From assembly GCF_009914755.1 (NCBI RefSeq), contig NC_060925.1: 64,000 nt of DNA; one strand, given 5' to 3'. Shown here piece after piece: positions 1 to 23,450 of the stretch (within the stretch, counting starts at the first letter, position 1; the number at the start of each line of letters is the position of its first letter). This DNA comes from the human T2T-CHM13v2.0 reference genome, Homo sapiens. The notes below the pieces were generated by a model, which made no database searches, was not told the DNA's origin, and saw only the letters and a list, made by a program, of their open reading frames with translations. Position numbers and translations under genes: made by a program.

Positions 1-497
1 TATTATCCTTGATAAAGTCTTAAGCTTAAGAGGAAAAAGTAAGTGTCCATCCTTGGGTCAGAAGTTAAAAGGAAGATCAGAGCTCCTAAGGCAGTGATAA
101 TTGTTAAGATCTTCCAAAGGGGAAGACCATCAGAGAGTACAAGAATTTAAGCCAGCGGGTGGCGCACGCCTGTAATCCCAGCACTTTGGAAGGCTGAGGG
201 GCAGATCACCCGAGGTCTGGAGTTTGAGACCAGCTTGACCAACATGGTGAAACCCCATCTCTACTAAAATACAAAAATTAGCTGGGCGTAGTGGCGGGCG
301 CCTGTAATCTCAGCTACTTGGAAGGCTGAGGCGGGAGAATCAACCTGAAACCATGAGGCGGAGGTTGCAGTGAGCCGAGATTGTGCCATTGCACTCCAGC
401 CTGGCAACAGAGTTAAGACTATGTCTCAAAAAAAAAAAAAGGATTTAAGCCAATCTTTCAAACCTGGTGAATCTTCTTACCATGGAGGATTGGTTGG

Positions 498-742
498 CTA
501 GCATAGTAAAGGACTGACTGCGTGGTTGTAGCTCTGTAGTTTGGTTTCTTCTCTGCCACTAATTTGGTTATGTCAGCCTTGCCAGATTACTAAACTTGCT
601 GAAACATGGCTTGCTTACCTGTAAAATCGAGGTTAATAGTAGGTTCATATTGGGTTTTGTTTTCAAATGCAAGAAATCATCCATGTAAAGAAAGTATTTA
701 GCACAGCTTAGGGCATAGACTATGCACTTTACAATGTTAGAG
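498..742 (+). mobile_element. MIR SINE relic
   Basis: ctctgccactaatttggttatg...acctgtaaaatcgaggttaatagta...atccatgtaaag...ttagcacag resembles the MIR core and 3' end. Confidence 0.65.
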
Positions 743-972
743 CAGGTTTCTTTATAGTAGTCTTCGTCAGACCTGGAGACCCAAACTTTTGTGTCCCAAG
801 TAGTGATTCTCAGCTTTCCAATATGAATAGCCCCTTGTTAACATAAAGATCTCACTTTTTCTTATTAGAATTTGTACCTTTGTTTGATTAAGGAAATAAA
901 AGATGAATGACAAATGAATTTGGTAATGCCTTTCTGTGAATCTGTATTCAGTATGTTTTGTATGTTAATATA

Positions 973-1168
973 GCAGGGTCATACAAAAACTGGCCTATTT
1001 TTGTAAAGTTTTGTAGAAACACTGCTACACCTATTCATTTGTCTGTGGCAGTTTTCACACTAACTCCAGACTTGAGTAGAGTAGGTGCTACAAAGACCAA
1101 AGCATGGGCCACAGAGCTGAAAATACTTACTCTGTGTCCTTTTACAGAAAAGTGTGCTGGCCTTTGCA
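973..1168. mobile_element. MER58A-like hAT-Charlie MITE
   Basis: cagggtc...tttttgtaaagttttgtagaaacactgctacacctattcattt...gggccacagagctgaaaatacttactctgtgtcctttacagaaaagtgtgctggcctttg matches the recalled MER58A consensus. Confidence 0.7.
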
Positions 1169-1325
1169 CTAAAGCATGAAGAAACATTTGGGAAAAAGCA
1201 CACAGGCTGGGCACGGTGGCCCATGCCTGTAATCCCAGCACTTTGGGAGGCCGAGGCGGGCAGATCACCTGAGAATGGGAGTTCAAGACCAGCCTGGCCA
1301 ACATGGAGAAATCCCATCTCTACTA

Positions 1326-1484
<159 letters not shown>

Positions 1485-2086
1485 TCAATTAAAAAAAAGA
1501 AAAAAGAGCAACAAACAAGGCAAAGTTACTTCATTTATAATCCTTGTTGCATCATGAGTTGGTCAACACTTACCCTAATTTGTCATTCTTAAGGCTGTTA
1601 TACCTTCAGTTGAGGTGTGATGAAAATACCCTTTTTGCTTACAAATAAAAACTGATTGCCAAAGTAAGTATGTCACAGAAAAAGCTATTGAACAACTGTT
1701 TAGAGCAATGATTCTCAAGGATGGGGACACAGAGCATACTATTTGGGGAGGGAAAAAGATTTGAAATGACCAATTTTATTTCAAGCATTTTTAATTTTGG
1801 AATTTTAGGTACAAAAATGGGTGTGAGAATTTTGTTTAACAGAAAATAGCATGGCTTTAAAATAGTTTGTAAAATACTGTTCTTAAGGAACAGAGTGTAA
1901 TAGTGCCCATGGGCTATTAAAAAGGAACAGAAACTTCTCTACTACTCTGGAGTCCTTTGTTGAAAACAGATTGAGGGAGTGCTGTAGTCTTCCAGAGCTA
2001 CAGTTAAACTGGATAAGGTTGGACACCTGGAAAAAAGCGTACATTAACCCACCCTAAACCATACTTTTTTTTTTTCTTTTTTTTGA

Positions 2087-2245
<159 letters not shown>

Positions 2246-3369
2246 TAGTAGAGACGGGGTTTTACCATGTTGGTTGGGTGGGTCTTGAACTTCTGACCTC
2301 GTGATCCACTCGCCTTAGCCTCCCAAAGTGCTGGGATTACAGGTGTGAGCCACCGCACCTGGCCACCAAACCATACTTTCAAGTAAATAATTAGCACTTT
2401 ATTGTACTGAAGGTGTGATATTTTGACAATTTAAAGTTCTGGTCTTCATGGGTCTTTGTTTCGTTTTACTTATTGCTGTATCTAATATCTCCTTTTTTTT
2501 TTTCTTTTTTGAGACAGAGTCTCAGTCTGTCACCCAGGCTGGAGTGCAGTGGCGCAATTTCAGCTCACCGCATCCTCCGCCGCCTGGGTTCAAGCAGTTC
2601 TGCCTCAGTCTCCTGAATAGCTTGGATTACAGGCGCCCGCCACCACGCCTGGCTATTGTATTTTTCAATAGAGAAGGGGTTTCATCATATTGGCCAGACT
2701 GGTCTCAAACTTCTGACCTCGTGATCCACCCGCCTCAACCTCTGAAAGAGCTGGGATTACAGACGTGAGCCACCGCGCCCTGTGTAGTATCTCATTTTAT
2801 GCCTGGTTATCTGTGAGCTGGACAGTATATTTGAAAAATTACGGTGGGCATGGTGGCTCAGGCTGGGTGCGGTAGCTCACGCCTGTAATCCCAGCACTTT
2901 CGGAGGCCAAGGTGGGCAGATCATGAGGTCAGAAGTTTGAGACCAGCCTGGCCAATATAATGAAACCCCGTCTCTACTAAAAATACAAAAAATCAGCCGG
3001 GCGTGGTGGCGGGCGCCTGTAATCCCAGCTACTAGGGAGGCTGAGCCAGGAGAATCACTTGAACCCAGGAGGAGGAGGTTGCAGTGATTCAAGATTGCAT
3101 ACCATTGCACTCCAGCCTAGGCAACAAGCAAAACTCCATCTCAAAAAAAAAAAAAATTATTATTTGCAGGAGTGAACAGGACAAGAATGAGGGTATCTAT
3201 CTCTAAGAAGGATTTATGTTGCCTGTGGCTGAGGATACTACCAAATCATCTGATGCAGGTTTCAGAAGGCTGAAAGTACCTCAGGTCATCCAGATTAAAT
3301 ATAACCTGGTGGCAAGTCCACTTGAGAACTGGTTTACTTTTTTTGTTTGGTTTTGTTGTTGTTTTTTGA

Positions 3370-3726
<357 letters not shown>

Positions 3727-4288
3727 TGAGAATTCCCACCATTAGCTAGCCTTAGGTTTTGACTTTTGTCCAGTCCTTTGAGGCTGCTGAAAGACTTCTA
3801 AAAGTGCAGCTCAGGTGTCCAAGAACTTCTTCCAGATTGGCAAATGCCTTAAAGGAAAAAGCAGCTCTGACTGTTAGGCTTAGCTCTGCTTTCTCCTCAC
3901 TTAGACTTTGGTTCAGTTCTTCCTTATTAGCTGGTTAGCTTTTTGATGCCTTTAAGAGAATGACGGGCTGGGCATGGTGGCTCACGCCTGTAATCCCAAC
4001 ACTTTGGGAGGCTGAGGTGGGAGGATCATTTGAGACCAGCCTGGGCAACATCAGAAGAACCTGCCTTTGCAAAAAATAAACTCAAAAAATCAGCCAGGTG
4101 TGGTGGCACACACCTGTGGTCTCAGCTTCTCTGGAGGCTGAGGTGGAAGAATCACAAGCCTGGGAGGTTGAGGCTGCTGTGAGCCATGATTGTGCCATAG
4201 CACTCCAGCTTGGGTGACAGAGCAAGACTCTTGTCTCAAAAAACTATATATATATATATAATTTTTTTTTAACTGCTTTTTTTTTTGA

Positions 4289-4585
<297 letters not shown>

Positions 4586-4768
4586 TAGTTGGCTTTGTCA
4601 GTAGGTTTTTCTATTTATTTTTTAGAGATGGTCTCGCTCTGTTGCCCTTGTTGGAGTGTGGTGGTGCAATCATAGCTCACTGCAGCTCAAGCGACTCCCC
4701 CACCCTTGGCCTCCCAAAGTGCTGAGATTACAGGTGTGATCTCCCAGATTTTATTTTTTTAAATTTAG

Positions 4769-5047
<279 letters not shown>

Positions 5048-5767
5048 TGATAGCCAGGATGGTCTCGATCTGGCCTCGTGATCCGCCTGCCTCGGCCTCC
5101 CAAAGTGCTAGGATTACAGGCGTGAGCCACCGCGCCCGGCCAAGTGGATCCAGATTTTCTAATGCTCCATTTCTAGGAGTGAAAGTACCTATATTTCTTG
5201 TCTCATCAGGGCTTTCATTAGTTGATGAAGGCTGTTAACCTGCCAACCTGCCTTGCTACCCAACATGCCTTCTTGTTAGTTAAACATAAGTAGGAAAAGA
5301 CATGTTTATGTTGGCTTTGAGTGTTAATCATTCAGCAAGTATTACTGGTGTCTTCTGTGTTCTTTATTTCTGGAGGAATGATATTTGAGTTTTTAAAGCC
5401 TGACAAGTTCTGTAAATGGCCCTAGCCCTTCTGTCTTATAACGCTAGTACCCAATTTAGAGTTTAACATAAATAAATAGTCAACTGAATCTACTGAGAAG
5501 GGACTCGGTCTAGCAAGAGACATAAGCAGGCAAGGTAAAAGTTGGCAAGTGTTGTGTGACTGGTACAGGTAGTAGACTGAGGAGAGGGCGATTCTGATCA
5601 GGGAAGGCTTCATTGGAGGAGGTAGGGTTGAAACGTTCAAAGAATGAATGAGGCCGGGTGTGGTGGCTCACACCTGTAATCCCAGCACTTTGGGAGGCCG
5701 AGGTGGGCAGATCACAAGGTCAGGAGGTCGAGACCATCCTGGCTAAGATGGTGAAACCCCCATCTCA

Positions 5768-6026
<259 letters not shown>

Positions 6027-6287
6027 TTAGCAAGAGTGGAAAACTGTTGTGGATCCCAGGAGAAGTCTGGAGCTAGGTAGTAGGGGCTAGATAATAGAGG
6101 GCTTTGACTAATAGGAGTTTGGGCCTTATCCTGTGGAAATCTGAAGGGTTTTGGGAAAATGAATTCAGGGCTAGGTGCAAGACAGAAGGGCAAATACCAG
6201 ACTAAGACACACAGCCACTAAGAGCCTCTTTTTTTTTTTTTGTCCAGTCAGAGGTAATGAGGCCTATATATTTATTAGGAAGGATGA

Positions 6288-6610
<323 letters not shown>

Positions 6611-7185
6611 TCAAAAAAAAAGAGAGGAATGTGGCTCTTGAAGAATCTTTCTAGTCTCATCTTCCCTGTCCCCTTAGACACACCTTCAAAGATCCTTTTT
6701 CTTTTGGTTTGGCTTGTCTTTCCCCCTCACTTTACCTAATCCAGCCCAATTCCATAGCCACTGCTGGTTCCTTTAATGGAGGAGGGAAGTGGGGTGACAT
6801 AGATTCTCTTAAACCTACCTATTTAAAGGCATTAATTAGCGTTTGCATGCACTACTTTAAAATTTTCCTCTCAATTGCTTGAGTCCAGGAGTTCGAGGTT
6901 ACGGTGAACTATGATTTCACCATTGCAGTCCAGCTGAGGCAACAGAGAGAGACCCTCTTAAAGAAAAAAAAAACTTTTTCCTCTCAGACTCTGTCCCTAG
7001 CATTGACTCACCCCATCATTTTTTTTTTTTTTCTTGAGATGGAGTTTCAAGAAAAAACTCCAGGCTGGAGGCAGTGGTATGGTCTCGGCTCACTGCAACC
7101 TCCGCCTCCCGGGTTCAAGCGATTCTCCCTGCCTCAGCCTCCCAAATAGCTGGGATTACAGGCACCCGCCACCACACCCAGCTAA

Positions 7186-7347
<162 letters not shown>

Positions 7348-8058
7348 TAAATAGTGAGTGACTTCACAGCTCAGTCTCTTTGTTCTGAACTTCCATTCTG
7401 AGTCGCAACCCAGGTACACCTTAGGAAGGGCGGGATCCCGTTATCCTGTCCCTGAACATCAACTACTGAGACAGCTGATGAAGCTGGCTCGGTGTGTGAC
7501 GGAGGCCCCCTCAGAGTCAGCAGAGCCGAGCGTACAGCGCACATCAGGCAGAGCAGACCAGAGGCAGGGAAGACACACTGGGGCAGGGCCAGTGGGCACA
7601 TCTGGACCACCTGCGAGGGCTCTGCAGGGAACCGTGACTACAGGCCAGTTGTGAGTAGTCCCCTGCAGAGGCTGCCCACCCAAGGTTTGGTTGGGGTGGA
7701 ACGTGATGACAGCACATACACTAAGAAGGTGGGAACCGGGGGCTGGGTGCAGTGGCTCATGCCAGTAATTCCAGCACTTAGGGAGGCCAAGGCGAGTGGA
7801 TCACCTGAGGTCAGGAGTTCGAGACCAGCCTGGCCAATATCGTGAAACCCCGTCTCTACTTAAAATTGAATTTAAAAAAACTGGGGGCCAGGCCCGGTGG
7901 CTCATGCCTGTAATCCCAGCACTTTGGGAGGCCAAGGCGGGTGGATCATGAGGTCAAGAGATCGAGACCATCCTGGCCAACATGGTGAAATCCCGTCTCT
8001 ACTAAAAATACAAAAACTAGCCAGACGTGGTGGTGGGCACCTGTAGTCCAGCTACTCA

Positions 8059-8205
<147 letters not shown>

Positions 8206-8455
8206 CTACCTAGCAGGGCTCTGAGAGAGCTGGGCAGGCCCAAAGTGGCTTGAGAAGGTAAGGGAAAAATCCTAGCCTGCGCTCGGGGTCACAGAGTGGG
8301 GGCCCAGGGGGAGTTCCTGCTGAGGGCAGGGCCTTGCCAGGCTTCGGTCTCCATCCAGTGCCAAAGGTGGGAGCTCCCAGGCTGTCAGCATCTCCAGATG
8401 AGGGCAGAAGGGAGAGGCTTAAACTCAAGTCACATGTCCAGCGATGGAGTCCTAT

Positions 8456-8620
8456 GGCCACACCGTTTGGGAAGTGAGGAGCGCCTCTGCCCGGCTGCTG
8501 TGCAACCCTCCAAGTGTGAAGTGACAGCCTTGTGTGTGATCTTTCTGCCCTCCCCAAGTTTGCATTTTCGACATTAAAGTTTACTTTTTAATTATGTTTT
8601 AAATTGGAGAATTTAAAAAA
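8456..8620 (+). mobile_element. SVA2-like element: one SVA-type VNTR unit + unique 3' region + short A-tail
   Basis: ccacaccgtttgggaagtgaggagcgcctctgcccggctgc is an SVA VNTR unit. It is followed not by SINE-R but by gtgcaaccctccaagtgtgaagtgacagccttgtgtgtgatctttctgccctccccaagtttgcattttcgacATTAAAgtttac..., which I recall as the SVA2 3' end. ATTAAA at 8573-8578, A6 at 8615-8620. Confidence 0.75.
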
Positions 8621-9098
8621 GTGACTTAATGAATTATGTGGCTGCTCTTCCTCTTCCCCAATTTTCAGTATTCTACCTGAAACTCTTTCCTCTTAACTCC
8701 CAGATCAAATAATTTTAAGCCTTCTGTAGGCTGTCTCTCTGCAGCCAAAATCAGCGATTCAGCAGTCCTCAACCTAGAGAAGCTCACAATCTAGTGGGCA
8801 GGAGACTCCTTACTTTGGTAAGTGTTCTTTGGGTCTGGACAGAGAGAGGGCAGGGTGTTTCCTGGGGAAGGTTATTCAGCTGCCCTGGCAGGTTCCCTCC
8901 AGGTAGTGTAATTACCCTCATCTGTGTTCAGGAATCTGACTCACTAATAAAGCTATATTGATCTATAAAACCAGACTCCTGGCCAGGCGCGGTGGCTCAC
9001 GCCTGTAATCCCAGCACTTTGGGAGGCCGAGACGGGTGATCACGAGGTCAGGAGTTCAAGACCAGCCTGGCCAAAATGGTGAAACCTCATCTCTACTA

Positions 9099-9311
<213 letters not shown>

Positions 9312-10984
9312 TTAATTTATGATGAAAATATATGTCAGGTAGACTGGTCCTTTGGCCTTACTAGTTTATTTTCTTCATGTAATCATACTGCTTGGGAAGC
9401 TTAGTTAAAGTTAAAAGGCAGCTCTATAAATCAAAGTGAGAGGAGTTAGTTGTTCTAGGGATGGGATGTTTACCAAAATCAAGTTACCCCTCCCACCATA
9501 AGCCTGGCTCAGTCTCTCCCCAATTCATTTTGACTCAGTGATTCCTGATTGTTTCACCTGTTCAACTTGATATTTCCTCCAGCCCCAAATGGCACAATCT
9601 TAGATGTCACTTAGATGATCGCTCTGGTTTCCATTATATTCCAGCCCTTAAGACCCGTTTGTTTTTCACATTACTTTGCTTCTCTGCTCTGTTGTGTCTG
9701 TCCTACAGCCGAATTACCAGGTTAGGAGTAGGGAGACTCTCCAAACACCATCTTCCCCAAATGTGCTACCCAGCTTATTCAAATCTGTGTGGCAGTGGTA
9801 CCAGGATACAGATCTAAATAAAGTTCCCAATGTGCTAAATTATAGATGGCCTATCTGTAGAAGGGTACTGTGAGAGCTTTTCTCAGGTTATGACTAAGAG
9901 GTGTGTAAACATGAGGGAACCTTACAGGTCAAGGACAGAAATCCCGTGAATGCAGACCCAGGAAACCTGTAGACGGCTCTGCCTACAACCTTGCAGACAC
10001 CCTGTGCATGCAGCAGCTGAGGCTTGTTCAGAGGGGTGGGACTCAGGGCCTTGCATTAGCACTTCCAGCCCCGCTTTGTTACCCTGGGAGCAAGGCTATG
10101 TTGGGAAGAATAGCTAGTCCTATTCCACTGGGTGTCGGGGCCTCGGGATCCATGAAACGGAAAACAGCAATAGCGTGGGCTTGCCTCTCTACACATGAAG
10201 GCCTCCTTTGATTTCAGTATAAAAACACCCATGAAGCAATGGATATGCAGATCCAGGCAAAGAAAAGGTAAAGGTAGGGAAGGGGGGAGGGGACAGCAAC
10301 ATTACCTCGCTTGTGACATAGGGAGCAACAAAATGCAGGCAGCCGCCAGTGGCACGCAGGCTCAGTTCTAGCAGGGGGTACTCTGGGATTTTTAGTTTCT
10401 CAGCCTTTGCAGCCAAGGAAGACTGACACCTACATCCTTGCACCCCTATCATGCATACAGCAAGACTGCAGGGCCCAGTGGAGGAGGCTGGGGAATCATC
10501 ATTTAACAATATCTATAATAGACATTTACAGGGCTGGTGGGATCTCAAAAAGGCCTGTAAATGCCTGAGGAATTCAGGAAGTTTTCACCAGAAAATGATG
10601 TGATAAACTGGATCTGAATGGATTAGGCATTCGCCAGGGAGACAGTGGGAAGGTAGCAGCAAGTGGGTGGGATCGTTCCAGGCGAAGAAACTGCTCCTAC
10701 GAGCTTGGAGCGTGAAAGCAATTGTGGATGGCTGAGAACACGAGTTTGAGTGGGGGCAGTAAGCAATGGGATCTGAGGATTTAGAAATGGGTGAATGATC
10801 TTGAATGCCAAACCCAAGAATTTTTACCTTTTCTTGAAGCATTGACACACAGCCAGGGCAGAATGAATGGCTCCCTTCTTTGTGTTTCATTCATCTTTCT
10901 GTAACAGAAGATCACTGGCTACAACATTTTGATTGTTTCTTCATCCCAAGAACCCAAGGGCCATGGAAGTGTTGCTGTTTTCTT

Positions 10985-14650
<3,666 letters not shown>

Positions 14651-15186
14651 TAGCTGGGACTACAAGCAACACACCACCATGCCCAGCTAATTTTTTTTTA
14701 ATTTTTTTTTTTGTTGTTGTATTGACAAGGTCTCACTATGTTGCTCAGGCTGGTCTCGAACTCCTGGGCTCAAGCAATCCACTTCAGCCTCCTAAAGTGC
14801 TGGGATTACAGGCATGAGCCATCATGCTTAACCCTGCATGGTATTTCTGAGGAATGATATGATGAAATCTGTATTTTAGGATGACCAGTCATGCAGAACA
14901 GATTGGAGTGAGGAGTTGGGAGACAAGAAGGAAGAGATAAATTGGAAATTTGTTGAAGGAATATTTGACAGAACTTGTGCTGTAATTAAATACTAAATGA
15001 AAGAAAAGGAAAAGGCAGAATACAACTCCAGAGTTTGCTGCCTAAGTGGCTGGGAAGATGACACCATCAACAAACAAGAAAAGGGGCAGGGGACTGGAAA
15101 AGGTAGTGATAACTCGCCACTAGCACTTTGTGGGCAAGGGCCATGAGTTACCAGTTATATAATCCTGCAGTATTCAGCTGGACATA

Positions 15187-17990
<2,804 letters not shown>

Positions 17991-18140
17991 CACATGGTGG
18001 CATGCACATGTGGTCCCAGCTATTTGGGAGGCTGAGGTGGGAGGATCACCAGAGCCCAGGGAGGTTGAGGCTGCAGTGAACTGTGATTGCACCACTGCAC
18101 TCCAGCGGGGCAATGGGAGTGAGAATCTGTCTCAAAAGTA

Positions 18141-18172
<32 letters not shown>

Positions 18173-18517
18173 GTTCTAGTATTTTCCTCCCATACCTCCA
18201 ATGTATAATATCTCATGCACCCTGTGGTCCACCCCCCAAAGACATACACACAACACTTTAGAGTCTCTGATGTAGTCAAAGGGAGTCATTGGAGGTTCTG
18301 GAACAGATGACAGGCATGGTAGCAGTTGATTCACAAACTGAAAGCTGAGACATCAAAGAACTGCGACTGCCTTGGAATGTTTCCCATGTGCTAGCCACCG
18401 CCTCAGTGCTTTATACATAAATCAGTTAATCCCTATAGCAAGCCTCCATTGTGAATACCATAATTATCTTAACAGACGAGGAGACTGAGGCACAATGAAG
18501 TTAAGAAACTTTCCTAG

Positions 18518-18676
<159 letters not shown>

Positions 18677-19419
18677 TAGCTGGGATTACAGGCACTCGCT
18701 GCCACACCCAGCTAATTTTTGTATTTTTAGTAGAGACAGGGTTTCACCATATTGGCCAGGATGGTCTCGATCTCCTGAGCTTGTGATCCGCCCACCTCGG
18801 CCTCCCATAGTGCTGGGATTACAGGCCTGAGCCACTGCGCCCGGCTGGGGGCCTACATTTGACCCCACGTGGTGGTTTGGGCTCATAGTCCATGTGCTTA
18901 ACCACTAGTGGGTAGGCAGGGAGCCAGTGTTCTTTCTCTCCTGTGACTTTGGTGAAGTCTCTCACCACTCAGTGTTGTCGTGAGCATGCTAGGCAGAGTG
19001 CAAGAAAGGAGCAAGAACTCACTAATGGCTAGGCCTTCCCTGTGTCTCTGTAATTGATGGGTTTGGGTTTTTTTTCCTTTCTCTCTCTCTACCTCCTCTC
19101 TCTCTTCTTCATCCCCTCTCTCTCACTCTCCCCCTGAGATAAGGTCTTGCTCTGTTGCCAGGGCTGGAATGCAATGGAATGGTGTGATCATGGCTCACTA
19201 CAGCCTCAATCTCCTGGGCTCAAGGGATCCTCCCACCTCAACCTCCTGAGTAGCTGGAACCACAGGCATGCACCACCTCGCCCGGCTAATTTTTTATTTT
19301 TTGTAGAGAGGGGAGTTTCGCCATGTTGCCCAGGCTGTTTTCGAACTCCTGGGCTGAAGTGATCTTCCTCCCTCAGCCTTCCAAGGTGCTGGGATTGCAG
19401 ACGTCAGCCACCGTACCAG

Positions 19420-19640
19420 GCCAACGGGCTCGGTTTCTATGGTTTTCTGGGGAGACGGCTGAGGGAAGGTCGGCTTCCGGCGTCGCGCTGCAAACGTCTC
19501 GCTGAGGTCATCCTTTACGGCAGGCGTCCGCGTCGCTAGCTAGTCGTTCTGAAGCGGCGGCCAGAGAAGAGTCAAGGGCACGAGCATCGGGTAGGTAGGT
19601 GCTGCTTATGTCCGCGCGGCAGCTTAGCTTAAGGACCTTC
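19420..19640 (+). promoter_or_regulatory. NDUFS5: CpG-rich TATA-less promoter of NDUFS5 with an ETS/GABPA-type site
   Basis: Local CpG cluster (cggcttccggcgtcgcgctg, ggcgtccgcgtcgc, tccgcgcggc) in otherwise CpG-poor DNA, directly at exon 1. GCTTCCGG at 19473-19480 reads CCGGAAGC on the minus strand, an ETS motif typical of OXPHOS gene promoters. No TATA box seen. Confidence 0.8.
19520..19594 (+). other. NDUFS5: NDUFS5 exon 1 (non-coding 5' UTR); start approximate; tandem donors after 19590 and 19594
   Basis: ATG-free CpG-rich segment ending ...gagcatcgg|gtag|gtaggt. Strong GTAGGT donors at 19591 and 19595. The next exon begins CC-ATG. Confidence 0.85.
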
Positions 19641-20771
19641 CTTCCGAGGTCTCTTTAACAGATTTCCTCTTGGCTTGCTGTGTGTCCCCTTCTCCCAGAC
19701 CTGAACTCAGGGCGTGTTCCCTGCCCTCCCAGGCCGCTTCACCTCCACAGCTAATGGCACCGAAGCCTGGAGATTGCCGCTCTCTCCACTTTCCACATTT
19801 GTTTAGGTTTTTGCCGGACTAATGTTTTGGCTTTCTGTTTCTTAACCTAAAGTCTACGATCCTTATCCCAGCTTTCCAGGCTCTGCGTGATTTCGGCCCC
19901 GCCGGCCTCCTGAGCTCATTTCATTCTTTTCACCGTCATGCACGCTGCGCTCCATTGTCCCCCAAACATAGCCAGCACTTCTGGCTGTAACTCCGGGCTG
20001 TTGCCCAACTGGAACACTCTGCCCACTGATCTTCACTTGGCGAACTCGCAAGCCATGTTAAAGGCATTTTCAAGTCTCCGGGCAGAGTTCGTGCTTCCTC
20101 CTTCGAGCTCTTACCCACTCGTGTTCCTTGCAGTGTATTCGCAATTCCGAGTGTGTGTCTCTGGTGCTTACGTTGGAGCTGCTTTCCCCCGCATCTGAGT
20201 GCCTGGAACGTAACTACTCAGTAAATGATGACTGAGGGATGGGAAGGAACTTAAGAAGTTAAATTCACCTTTTTGTTGAGATGATGTTTCGCTCTTGTTG
20301 CCCAGGCTGGAGTGCAGAGTGGCGCGATCTCGGCTCACTGCAGCCTCTGCCTCCCGGATTCAAGCGATTCTCCTCCCTGAGACTCCCGAGTAGCTGGGAT
20401 TACAGGCATGCGCCCCCACGCCCGGCTAATTTTGTATTTTTTTAGTAGAGAGAGGGTTTCGCCATGTTGGTCAGGCTGGTCTTGAACTCGCGGCCTCAGG
20501 TGATCCGCCCGCCTCGGCCTCCCAAGGTGCTGGAATTACAGGCGTGAGCCACTGCGCCCAACTAAATTCACCTTTAAATCTACCATGAGTACACATTTAT
20601 ATTGATATTTGTGGGTGTGCGCGCGCTTCCTTTCAGTCATCTTAGGCAGTCAGGGTTTGTTTTTGTGTGTGTGTTTTTACATTTAACATTATTATGTATT
20701 TGCATGTAAATTTTTTTCCCTACTGTCTGTAATAGTCTACAAAGTAAGTCTTAACCCATTTCTTTCGCTCT

Positions 20772-20802
<31 letters not shown>

Positions 20803-21028
20803 GAGACAGGATCTCGCTTTGTTGCCCAGGATGGAGTGCAGTGGCCAGGTCATAGCTCACTGAAGCCTTGAACTCCTGGCCTCAGTCTCCTGCCTCAGCC
20901 TTAGGAGTAGCTGGGACTACAGGCGCACATACCACCACAAGTGCCTTTTTTTTTTTTTTTTTTTTTTTGAGACAGAGAACCTGACCAAAGGATCCAAATT
21001 CTTTTTTTCTTCTTCTTTTTTTTTTTGA

Positions 21029-21752
<724 letters not shown>

Positions 21753-21860
21753 TTAATGAAAAAGTTTGGTGAGAAGAAATCAGGAGAATAATATCAAACA
21801 GTGTTCTAGAGGGCTACTTAGCATGATTATCTAATTTTTTCTTAGAAATTTCTCAGTTGA

Positions 21861-22139
<279 letters not shown>

Positions 22140-22202
22140 TGATGGAGGTGGAAGCTGAATTACTTTCTTGTTCCTTTGGGACTCTTTTTTTTTTTTTTTT
22201 GA

Positions 22203-22619
<417 letters not shown>

Positions 22620-23020
22620 TGAGGATGGTCCATTGTTCCTCAGCATTCTTTCTCTTCTCCCAAATTTTCCTTAGTATTTTACCCTGCTTTAGCCACCAGG
22701 TTAGAAATTGCATGTGTGTGTATACCCATTTTTTCAGTTGGCTGTGAAGCAGAGAATATCAACTAGTTTTGGATGTTGACCCTTGAAAATCTTTGGGTGA
22801 AAATATGTTCAAATCCATTGAATCCTCATTGGAAAAGAGGTTTAACCTTGCAAATCCATTACATTCAACATCTTTGGATTCATTCCACTCTGAAGAAGAT
22901 GGAGGTGTTAATGAGATTGCTGTACATGAGCGTGAACAACGATGCAGTGGAAAAGGGATGTTAACAGCTTAGTGTTCACCTCCTCAAAAGTTGAATGAGT
23001 TGGCCAGGCACGGTGGCTCA

Positions 23021-23450
<430 letters not shown>

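Noticed and set aside
895-900. AATAAA as a distal poly(A) site of the upstream gene (AKIRIN1 by recall)
   Set aside because: Common hexamer in AT-rich DNA, and no exon of that gene is visible in the window.
7358-7845. Overlapping 74-117 aa ORFs in the GC-rich segment as a processed pseudogene
   Set aside because: No recognisable protein similarity in any frame. GC-richness alone explains the open frames.
10340-10381. CTCF-like motifs (gccgccagtggcac; ctagcagggggtac)
   Set aside because: Each has mismatches or a gap at conserved core positions; not supportable without ChIP data.
20616-20627. tgtgcgcgcgct as an NRF1 site
   Set aside because: Deviates from YGCGCAYGCGCR and lies 1 kb into the intron; better explained as a short purine-pyrimidine run.
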